Shown here piece by piece: positions 9,330 to 17,120 of a stretch of DNA of 64,000 bases (its first letter is position 1; every line of letters starts with the position of its first letter). The DNA lies in contig OZ242311.1 in NCBI GenBank assembly GCA_965207885.1, positions 3,136,001 to 3,200,000 of the forward strand. The letters are read 5' to 3'. The position numbers were made by a program, and so were the translations under genes. The notes beneath the pieces were generated by a model that was not told the DNA's origin, did not search any database, and saw only the letters and a list, made by a program, of their open reading frames with translations. The DNA is from Candidatus Latescibacterota bacterium (lineage in GTDB: Bacteria > Latescibacterota > UBA2968).

Positions 9330-10859
9330 CTATCCAAATAAATCGCGGTACAAACGAACATTTTTCTTTTTTGCATAAACGGCAAACGCACTGGCAAATT
9401 CGCGCCGAACAGCTTGCTGCTGGTCGTGCAAACGCGCAATAAGCCCGCCAATAGCCGCGGCACAAAGCAGGCGGTCCGCACGCCGGCTGCGGGGCAATAC
9501 TTCGTTTAAATAGGTCGTCAATTCCCACTGTTGTACCGATAAATCGTTAAAATCTCCCAGATTATCCTGCAATTTCTTCATAGACCCGATGAGTTTATCC
9601 ATCTTATCTTTAGGAAAAAAAGAGGCAAAAAATTCTAACAAATATCGCAATTTCTTGCAGTCGATTCGCAAATCGTGCAATGCCTCGTCGGGCGTATGGT
9701 CTCCTATCGCCTTGCCCCTTTTTAGCACCAGCTTAAAACGCTTAAAAATAAATTTTCGCGCAAGGGCTATAGCCAGCACAGCGGAATCCCTCCCCCTCTG
9801 AGACTGTGCCCCCTGCAAAAAAGCCGCCCATGAATCCATCAGGTCCAGATATTCAGGTGCATCGAGAACCTGTACCATATCGTTAAGGGCGCGCCGTCGC
9901 TCACTTTTTAAGCGCGAAAACACGGCATCCAGCCCGGGTTGTAGTGACCGGGGCAACATCGCGCGATAAGTCTCTTCATCGAGCAAATACACATCCAGAT
10001 CGCGCAACCGATTGGTCGATCTGCCCAATTGCCGAAACTCATCCTTAAAATGTGCTACAGCACCTTCGGGCAAAACGCCTTTGATTTGACTCAGCGCCGA
10101 CCGCGTGCGCCGAATCGCAACCCGAAAATCGTGCAGAAATTCCGTATCCCAATCCGCGCGAATGCCCGTTTCATTTTGGCGCATCACATCGTTCAGACAT
10201 CTCAAAATCTCACATGTTGCTTCACGCCCACTCGCCTCGTGATTCAGGTCGAGATTCAGCTTTGAAGAATAATCGCCCGGCACGCATCCAGCGAGATCCA
10301 TCACGCGTTCAAATACATCTTCTGCCACATGTGCAACATCCAATTTCATAAAACGGCGGCGCAAATTCTCAAAATCGCGCTCATATCCCCGCACGCTTCG
10401 GCAAGTTAAAGTCGCAACGTGTCCATTTTCTGTGCTGGTATGTGTGAGGAACAACCGAACAACTGTCTTTTCATCTGTATTCAAAACGCCAAATCCGCAA
10501 ACCTTCTGCCTCACCTGTGCTTGAAGTAACAGCGCTCGAACTGAGAGCGCGCCCCGTAGTGTGTCGCGTAACTCGCCCTCTGGAAACATCCACCAGAAGC
10601 GGCCTTCCAGATGTTGTTTCATCTCAATCTGATCGCGCACCAAAGGATATTCACCACCTGAAATACGCTGTAAATACACCGCATTTCCCGCTTGTATCAG
10701 CGCGAGCCCCTTTTGATACAAGCGCCAGTCAAACGTGTCGAAATACCGCACCGTCTTCTCAACCTCAGATACAGATACCAGACGCTCGGGCACGAGTTGT
10801 TCGACCACATTCCATCCATGTGGTTCACGCAAAACATAAGTTTCACTGCGGGTGATCAT
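9330..10859 (-). CDS. CHAD domain protein with degenerate N-terminal CYTH-like domain (polyphosphate-binding)
   Basis: YFDTFDWRLY (CYTH-like); EFLHDFRVAIRRTRS, RDLDV, LHDLRIDCKKLRYLLEF and LQDNLGDFNDLSVQ are CHAD motifs. Start chosen at ATG 10859 with a GAGG RBS (track gives 10907). Confidence 0.9.
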   Translation of the reverse strand: MITRSETYVLREPHGWNVVEQLVPERLVSVSEVEKTVRYFDTFDWRLYQKGLALIQAGNAVYLQRISGGEYPLVRDQIEMKQHLEGRFWWMFPEGELRDTLRGALSVRALLLQAQVRQKVCGFGVLNTDEKTVVRLFLTHTSTENGHVATLTCRSVRGYERDFENLRRRFMKLDVAHVAEDVFERVMDLAGCVPGDYSSKLNLDLNHEASGREATCEILRCLNDVMRQNETGIRADWDTEFLHDFRVAIRRTRSALSQIKGVLPEGAVAHFKDEFRQLGRSTNRLRDLDVYLLDEETYRAMLPRSLQPGLDAVFSRLKSERRRALNDMVQVLDAPEYLDLMDSWAAFLQGAQSQRGRDSAVLAIALARKFIFKRFKLVLKRGKAIGDHTPDEALHDLRIDCKKLRYLLEFFASFFPKDKMDKLIGSMKKLQDNLGDFNDLSVQQWELTTYLNEVLPRSRRADRLLCAAAIGGLIARLHDQQQAVRREFASAFAVYAKKKNVRLYRDLFG

Positions 10860-11319
10860 CGGGCGTACCCTCATGTGCGAGGATTGCATTTTTGTAACGG
10901 TCATCATCGGTCACCTCTCGCCCAAACCAGAACGGCGGGACAAAGCGCGAACTATCATCTACGGTCTCAAACTCGACTTCGGCCACTACCAGGCCCTCCA
11001 GGCGACCGCGGTACACATCCAGTTCTATTGTCCACGTCCCTTCGACTATCTCATAACGCACTTTTTCGACTCGCCTGTCCGCAGTTAAAGGCCAGAGGCT
11101 ATCAAATTGCGCTCGGGTCAATTCCACCTCGACTTCCGTCCGTTGCACACCCTTGCCCTGTTTCACGGTCTGATAAAAATGCTCGCCTTTGCGACGCAGA
11201 CGAATCTCCACGCCATTCTCGCTTACCGAGAGATAGCCCTGTGAGATTTCTACTCCTGTACAAGCCGTTAGATCCGGCATTTTTCGCACACAAAACTTCC
11301 GCTCAATTTCTATGGCCAT
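10843..11319 (-). CDS. CYTH domain protein (inorganic triphosphatase/adenylate cyclase-like)
   Basis: EIERKF, ISQGYL, IRLR, RTEVE, VEKVRY, AEVEF and FGREVTDDDRYKN; start at MAIEIERKF. Confidence 0.92.
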   Translation of the reverse strand: MAIEIERKFCVRKMPDLTACTGVEISQGYLSVSENGVEIRLRRKGEHFYQTVKQGKGVQRTEVEVELTRAQFDSLWPLTADRRVEKVRYEIVEGTWTIELDVYRGRLEGLVVAEVEFETVDDSSRFVPPFWFGREVTDDDRYKNAILAHEGTPDDHPQ

Positions 11320-11502
11320 AACAAAACGCGAGTTCCCAGATGTGAAAAGCAGGAGGGGATGCTTTATACCCGGTAATTGGCGAATAGTAATGATAACACA
11401 CCTCATCGCCGAAAGCAATTTTTAAGATGATGCATCGCACCGTTTTTGGTGTATATTGAAATATAACAATCTTGTACTACGACACCAAAAGGGGATCGCA
11501 CT

Positions 11503-12270
11503 ATGTCACTCGATGGAAAAAAGGCTCTCGTCACTGGTGGACGCCGCAATATCGGTCGCGGAATTGCCCTTGCTCTGGCTCAGGCGGGCTGTGATGTGGG
11601 CATCAACGACCTGGAACGAGATGCCGATGCCGACAGGACCCTGGAACTGATCCGGGATCAGGGGCGAGAAGCCGACTTCTTTCAGGCTGATATATCCGAC
11701 CGGGCACAGGTAGAAGCAATGTTCACCGCCTTCATCGCCCGTTTTAATCGCCTCGATATCCTGGTTAACAACCCCTATGCCGGAAACGGGGCTACCTTCC
11801 TCGAAATCACCGAAGAAAACTGGGATCTGACCCTGGACGTGTGTCTCAAAGGCTTTTTTCTTTGCAGTCAACAGGCCGCCCGCATCATGGTAAAACAGGG
11901 CGAGGGAGGCTGCATTGTCAGTACTTCTTCGGTCCATGCCTACCGTGCCTGGCCCGAAGATACGGCCTACGGAGTGGCCAAAGCGGGTGTGCTACGTCTC
12001 ACCGAGAGCATGGCTGTGGACTTAGGTCCCCACAATATCCGCTGCAACGCCGTAATGCCGGGATATATGGACCTGACCCATGTTTTTGGCACTCAGGCTC
12101 CGTCTGTAGGTAGCGCGTCCGACAACCTCAAAGCCAATATACCCTTGCAGCGCCGCGGCACCCCCGAAGACATCGGACGAGCCGTTGCCTTTCTCTGCTC
12201 GCCAGCAGCCGGTAATATTACCGGTGCCTCCCTACCAGTGGATGGCGGTCTCTTGACCACGGGCGTCTAA
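11503..12270 (+). CDS. SDR family NAD(P)-dependent oxidoreductase
   Basis: VTGGRRNIGRG, LDILVNN, YGVAK catalytic YxxxK, IRCNAVMPG, ITGASLPVDGG. Confidence 0.93.
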   Translation: MSLDGKKALVTGGRRNIGRGIALALAQAGCDVGINDLERDADADRTLELIRDQGREADFFQADISDRAQVEAMFTAFIARFNRLDILVNNPYAGNGATFLEITEENWDLTLDVCLKGFFLCSQQAARIMVKQGEGGCIVSTSSVHAYRAWPEDTAYGVAKAGVLRLTESMAVDLGPHNIRCNAVMPGYMDLTHVFGTQAPSVGSASDNLKANIPLQRRGTPEDIGRAVAFLCSPAAGNITGASLPVDGGLLTTGV

Positions 12271-12297
12271 AGGGCTCTTTAAAACGGAGGTAGTCCT

Positions 12298-12696
12298 GTG
12301 AATAGACGGTGTTTCTATTTTTTGCTGTTGGGGGGATCGATCAGTGTGACAGATGCTAATTTTTCGCTTATTGAAGACAACGTCTTTTTCAGCACAAGCT
12401 ATTATACCGACATTGGTTTTTCACCGACAGAGCAGTGGCGTTTTGAGGTGGAGGCCAATGTGGCGAATTTTAATTCTAAAAGTTTTGATGAAGCCGTGAG
12501 TATTCCCTTGATTCATGCAGGCATAAGTTATTACCTGGATGGGGGCAGAGCTTCGTTTCGTTTGCAAGGTTTTGATTTGTTGAACAGGAACACGAGCTTT
12601 CAACGGATCAGCGAAACGAACTATTTGCTACAACGCGAGAGAAACACGATTGGCCGGTACGTAATGTTTACGTTTAATCGCTATTTGAGAAGGTAG
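12298..12696 (+). pseudogene. Remnant of a large outer-membrane beta-barrel/TonB-dependent receptor gene (C-terminal strands only)
   Basis: GGAGG RBS plus a signal-peptide-like start MNRRCFYFLLL joined to amphipathic beta-strands ending FDLLNRNTSFQRISETNY...IGRYVMFTFNRYL. This resembles the C-terminus of Bacteroidota-type barrel receptors; 132 aa is far too short for a full barrel. Confidence 0.6.
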
Positions 12697-12730
12697 GGAA
12701 AGAAAACGCAAGCATCTATTGCGTTCTCTC

Positions 12731-13390
12731 TTAACCGTTTTTGCCGTATTGGTTTTCCACGCCTCTGTTGTGAAACGCGTACCAATCGTCATCGGTCAGA
12801 TATTTTGGTTCGCCAAGCTGACGGGAAAGCACGTATTGTCGGCACATGATTTCCAGACGATGGGCCTGGTTGACAGCGCGTTTTAAGGTTGGTCCGTGGC
12901 AGACCATGCCGTGGTTTCCGAGGAGACACGCGGTGCGGTCATAGAGCGCTTCGGATGCGTCTTCGGCAAGCGATTGGCTGCCAAATGTGGAATAAGGGAC
13001 ACAGGGCACATCGTTACCGCCAAACACACCCATAAGGTAGTGAAAGCCCGGTAGGGTCATCACATGGCACGATACCGCAACGCAGTAATCGGAGTGGGTG
13101 TGAACCACTGCTCCGGCTTCGGGGTGCTTTTTATAGATGGCACCATGCATGGGCGATTCCGAAGAGGGTTTGCGGTCGCCTTCATACTCACCGTTAAAGG
13201 TGGCTTTGACAATCGTTTCTGTGGTAATATTGTCTGCGGTTGCATGGTTGGGAGAAATGAGCATTTTGTCGCCAAATCGGACGCTCAGATTGCCAGAGGA
13301 CATTTCGTTTAAGCCAAGCTCTCCAACTTTTTTATAATAAAAAACCAATTGCTCGCGTAAGGCCATTTCATAAACGGGATCATCTTCCAT
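12731..13390 (-). CDS. Class II aldolase/adducin family protein (FucA/OtnC-like; probable 3-oxo-tetronate 4-phosphate decarboxylase-type)
   Basis: SSGNLSVR, KPSSESPMHGAIY, VVHTHS, LLGNHG; overlaps the end of the OtnK-like gene; start at MEDDPV. Confidence 0.85.
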   Translation of the reverse strand: MEDDPVYEMALREQLVFYYKKVGELGLNEMSSGNLSVRFGDKMLISPNHATADNITTETIVKATFNGEYEGDRKPSSESPMHGAIYKKHPEAGAVVHTHSDYCVAVSCHVMTLPGFHYLMGVFGGNDVPCVPYSTFGSQSLAEDASEALYDRTACLLGNHGMVCHGPTLKRAVNQAHRLEIMCRQYVLSRQLGEPKYLTDDDWYAFHNRGVENQYGKNG

Positions 13391-14669
13391 ATGTATTCCT
13401 TGATTGGTTTTTGTCTGCTTCACGCATCTGCTCCAGGGCGGTATGAATAAAGTTGTCTTCACCAACACCGCCCGCTTTCAGTACCAACGACAATGGATCG
13501 CTCCCTGCACTATGACAATAACCACCGTTGAGAACGTCGAATGTCGCCACCGAAACTTGCTCTATACCTAAAGATGCCATGACGGCCCCTGATGTTTCTC
13601 CCCCCATCACAACAAATTTACGTACACCGTGCTGATAGAAATGCTGGGCAACACTGGACAGAAGCTTATCGGCAAGTGTTGCAGCGCCTTCGCGGCCGAG
13701 CTCCGCCTGGGCTCTTTTTACGCCTTCAGGATCCGTTGAGGTACCCACACCTACAGGCCCTTTTTCTAATCGGTCTTTTGCCCATTCGACAATGTGGTCA
13801 ACCATGTTGGCGTCTTGAGCTGCTTCTAAAAGGTCAATGCGAAACACCGGATGCATTTGCTCGAAATGCGCAAGTTGCCGGACTGATTTTCCCGTGCAAC
13901 TCCCAGAAATAACGGCTTCATAACCAGGTGCAGGCGGCAGTAATGTTTTCGGTTGGCTCTTTTTGTCCCTCTGCCAGTTGCGCGCAAGCATCACAGGGAG
14001 TAGATCTGCGCCAGTGCTCAATGGCAAATCCTTGGACAGTGTTGCCAATTGCTCAAGATTCGACTCGTCAATCATGTCGACAATAAAAAACTTTACGCCC
14101 AGGGCCTTCTTCTCTGAAATGTAGTTCTCGCAAGCGTCTGTTCCTGACGCCACAATTTGATATGGCAAAAGACCTACCTTGACCTGACTTTGTTTCTGTA
14201 GTACTTCAACAAGATTGGAATTGGTCATCGGTGTTACAGGATCATTGCGTCTCGGTGATTCGTGTAGCATGATCGACCCGAGAAACAACCGCCCTTGATA
14301 GATTGTTGTATTTTTCCAGATGGGACAAAAAAATACGTGGTCGGCCTGGGTCAAGTCCATCAACGTTTCTGCCACAGGCCCGATATTGCCACGTGCTGTA
14401 GATGAAAAGAGCGCACTGTATTTGTAGTATATCTGTTTCGTACCTTTGGCGAGCAGAGCTTCAGCCGTGCGTTTTGCATCGGCACGGGCATCGTCAGGGG
14501 GTTGGATCAGGAGTTTTCGTCCAACGACCACAGCTTGTGCATCGTCGTCGAGTGTATTGAGTGCATCACCAGATGTTACCAGTGGACAACGCACGCCTTC
14601 TCTTTCGAGCAAACTCGCGACCATCATCCCACCTGTGAGATCATCTGCGATCACACCAAGTTCAAGCAT
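13380..14669 (-). CDS. otnK: Four-carbon acid-sugar kinase (DUF1537/OtnK, 3-oxo-tetronate kinase-like)
   Basis: LGVIADDLTG, YYKYSALFSSTARGNIGPV, SGSC, GGETSGAV, LVLKAGGVG. Confidence 0.85.
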   Translation of the reverse strand: MLELGVIADDLTGGMMVASLLEREGVRCPLVTSGDALNTLDDDAQAVVVGRKLLIQPPDDARADAKRTAEALLAKGTKQIYYKYSALFSSTARGNIGPVAETLMDLTQADHVFFCPIWKNTTIYQGRLFLGSIMLHESPRRNDPVTPMTNSNLVEVLQKQSQVKVGLLPYQIVASGTDACENYISEKKALGVKFFIVDMIDESNLEQLATLSKDLPLSTGADLLPVMLARNWQRDKKSQPKTLLPPAPGYEAVISGSCTGKSVRQLAHFEQMHPVFRIDLLEAAQDANMVDHIVEWAKDRLEKGPVGVGTSTDPEGVKRAQAELGREGAATLADKLLSSVAQHFYQHGVRKFVVMGGETSGAVMASLGIEQVSVATFDVLNGGYCHSAGSDPLSLVLKAGGVGEDNFIHTALEQMREADKNQSRNTYGR

Positions 14670-14725
14670 CGCTTTGATCTCCCGAATTTGTGCTTCAGCG
14701 TGGTTTTTTGCGATCTTATATCCTG

Positions 14726-16399
14726 TTAGGCTGGCATCCAGGCTTTTGCAGCAATGCCTTCGAGATGGGTTTTGACATCGACGACGGCGGGTTTATCTGC
14801 GTTGAGGGCCTGCTCAAGAGCACTTTGCAGCTCGCTGATTTTGTTGACGGTGATGCCAAAGCATCCCATGGCTTCGGCCATTTTGGCAAAGTCTGCGTCT
14901 GGGAAGAGCCAGAGTTCGTCAGAGCCTTTGGTACGACCGCCATAGGTGTGTTCTACACCACCTTGTTCCTGGTTCAGCGAATGGTTGTTGTTAATGACGG
15001 TGACGGTGTTGATTTCGGATTTCATGGCGGTGTCGAGTTCGGTCATGTGATACCAGATGCCCCCATCGCCAGTGAAGCAAATGACGGGACGGTCTGGTGC
15101 GGCGCATTTGGCACCGAGGGCTGCAGGGAAACCCCAACCGAGTGAACCAGAACAGCGGATATAAGATTGTGTGGGATATTTGAAGTCGAGCATGGTGCCG
15201 GTCCAGATGCCGGAGTGTCCTGTGTCGGAGACGAGTATGGCATCGGAAGGAAGAAAGTCAGACAGTTCTTTGCAGAGGCGTTCGGGACGCATGGGTTCGG
15301 TGTCGGAGTTGACATGTTTGGCCATGTCTTCTTTCCATGCGTTGACGAGTTCGTGGATGCGGGCGGTCCATTGGGTGCGAGGCTCTGCTTTGCTGGCCTG
15401 ATCAATCATGAGGCGCAATGTGTTTCGCACGTCGCCTTGAAGGCCGAGGGTGAGGGGATAGTTGCGACCCAATTCTTCGGCATTGATGTCGAGTTGAATG
15501 ATGGGCGTGCCTTGTGGCGGCACTTTATACCCATTGGTAACCTGCCCGCCCGTATGACTGCCGATGAAGAAAACCAGATCGGTTTCAAACATGGCCTGAT
15601 TGGCACAGGCGCGTGAGTATGAACCGGGTGTGCCGATAGCGAGTTCGTGATCGGCGGGAAACATGGCTTTGGCATTGAGGGATGTGGCAACAGGGATAGA
15701 AAGCTTCTCGGCAAGGGCGATGAGTTCGGTGCTGGCATCGGATGTGGTCACACCGCCACCGGCCATGATGATCGGCTTTTTGGCTTGAGAAAGAAGGCTG
15801 AGGGCTTCGGTGATCAATTCGGGTTCGGCAGTCGGGCGAAAAGGTGGAATCTGGGAAAAGGCAGATTCGATGACGACTTCAAAATCGGCTTCGGCTTCAA
15901 CGACGACTTGACCGGCAAGACCTTGTAGATCGAGATGTACGGGACCGGGTGTGCCTGTGGTGGCTGATCGAAAAGCCTGCCGCAAATACACGGGCAACAG
16001 ATCGACGGCGTGGACATCAGCGGTGTATTTTGTAACTGCACCAAACGGGTTTCGGTGATCGACTTCCTGATAGGCATGGCGGAGCTGATTGACATGGCTT
16101 TCTTTGCCTGTGATTGCGATAACAGGCGAGCAGGCAAGATAGGCGTCTTGAAGACCGGCAGCGAGGTTAACGGCACCAACGGATTGGGCCATACAAAGAC
16201 CTGGGCCGCGTCTGACGCGCGCATACGCATCGGCCATGTATGCGGCGGCTTTTTCTCCGTGGGTTTGCACGCGTTTCATGCCGAGATTTTCCATTTCCAT
16301 CAATGCTCGGGGCGCGATGTAGGGCATAAAAAAGACGGTGTCTATTCCGTGGCCATGCACGGTTTCTGCGAGAAATCGTGCACCTGTCATTTGGGGCAT
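14726..16399 (-). CDS. Thiamine pyrophosphate-dependent enzyme (acetolactate synthase-like superfamily)
   Basis: HGEKAAAYMADAYAR, PGPVHLD, GSLGWGFPAALGAK, and the TPP-binding GDGG...NN motif. Confidence 0.9.
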   Translation of the reverse strand: MPQMTGARFLAETVHGHGIDTVFFMPYIAPRALMEMENLGMKRVQTHGEKAAAYMADAYARVRRGPGLCMAQSVGAVNLAAGLQDAYLACSPVIAITGKESHVNQLRHAYQEVDHRNPFGAVTKYTADVHAVDLLPVYLRQAFRSATTGTPGPVHLDLQGLAGQVVVEAEADFEVVIESAFSQIPPFRPTAEPELITEALSLLSQAKKPIIMAGGGVTTSDASTELIALAEKLSIPVATSLNAKAMFPADHELAIGTPGSYSRACANQAMFETDLVFFIGSHTGGQVTNGYKVPPQGTPIIQLDINAEELGRNYPLTLGLQGDVRNTLRLMIDQASKAEPRTQWTARIHELVNAWKEDMAKHVNSDTEPMRPERLCKELSDFLPSDAILVSDTGHSGIWTGTMLDFKYPTQSYIRCSGSLGWGFPAALGAKCAAPDRPVICFTGDGGIWYHMTELDTAMKSEINTVTVINNNHSLNQEQGGVEHTYGGRTKGSDELWLFPDADFAKMAEAMGCFGITVNKISELQSALEQALNADKPAVVDVKTHLEGIAAKAWMPA

Positions 16400-16411
16400 T
16401 GGGATCTCCTG

Positions 16412-17086
16412 TTATGGTCTTCTGCTAGTGATGGGACGCAGAACTTTGACGTTGGTATCGATGGTGATTTTTTTGCGCTCTTGAATGGCTTTTTGGCCGA
16501 TTTCCCAGACTTTGCCCATTTCGGGATCATCGGGTTGTGCGATGGTGCCGACATTGCTGTGATGGCCTTCCCAATGATACAGGCTGTCGTATCGCGTCAT
16601 CATGTAGATGCGGTCTTCGGGTGCTGATTTGGTTATCCATTGGCCAATGGGGCGCACACCTTCGCCTCGGGTGACCCAGGGCCACCACTGATTTTCTGAT
16701 AAGTCGACAAAACGCGAAACGTCGGTGGGCGCGACTTTGAATGAGCGCAGAGTATAAATGCCAGGCTCTTTTTCGGGGGCGTCGCTATCAGGCTGTCTTT
16801 GCGTGAGGGGCAAGAGGGAAATACATTCGGTTTCGTGTACGAGTGCGGCACGTCCACTGCCTTCATTGGCGAGATTATCCCAGTTTCGGGTTTCTTCCCA
16901 ATGACCATGGCTGTCGTATCGCGTCATGAGAAAGATGCGTTCGGGGCCACCTATGGCAACGACCCAGAGGCCGAGTGCACGCGCTCCTTTTTTTTCGATG
17001 GCTGGCCAGATCTGTTCTTCGCTAAAGCGAACAAATTCGGCGTAGTCTTTGCGGTGAACGTGAAATGTGCGGATGGTATAGATCAT
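16412..17086 (-). CDS. Tandem NIPSNAP-domain protein
   Basis: Two internal repeats (IYTIRTF...GLW...MTRYDSHGHWE; IYTLRSF...GQW...MTRYDSLYHWE) ending VLRP. Confidence 0.8.
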   Translation of the reverse strand: MIYTIRTFHVHRKDYAEFVRFSEEQIWPAIEKKGARALGLWVVAIGGPERIFLMTRYDSHGHWEETRNWDNLANEGSGRAALVHETECISLLPLTQRQPDSDAPEKEPGIYTLRSFKVAPTDVSRFVDLSENQWWPWVTRGEGVRPIGQWITKSAPEDRIYMMTRYDSLYHWEGHHSNVGTIAQPDDPEMGKVWEIGQKAIQERKKITIDTNVKVLRPITSRRP

Positions 17087-17120
17087 TCAATCCTCCATAT
17101 ATCATTCCCTGATTAGTTCC

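Noticed and set aside
11345-11412. Fluoride-riboswitch-like start (GGCGATGAGG...TTCGCC) upstream of the CYTH gene on the minus strand
   Set aside because: The loop is far too long and the conserved 3' CUGAUGAC/CUAAUGAC segment is missing; an Infernal search would settle it.
12270-12730. att site matching the tRNA-Arg 3' end at the far side of the catabolic block
   Set aside because: No duplicated tRNA 3' sequence was found here.
14670-14729. In-frame stop-free extension upstream of otnK (GYKIAKNHAEAQIREIKA)
   Set aside because: Too short to distinguish from chance, and a GGAG RBS supports ATG 14669.
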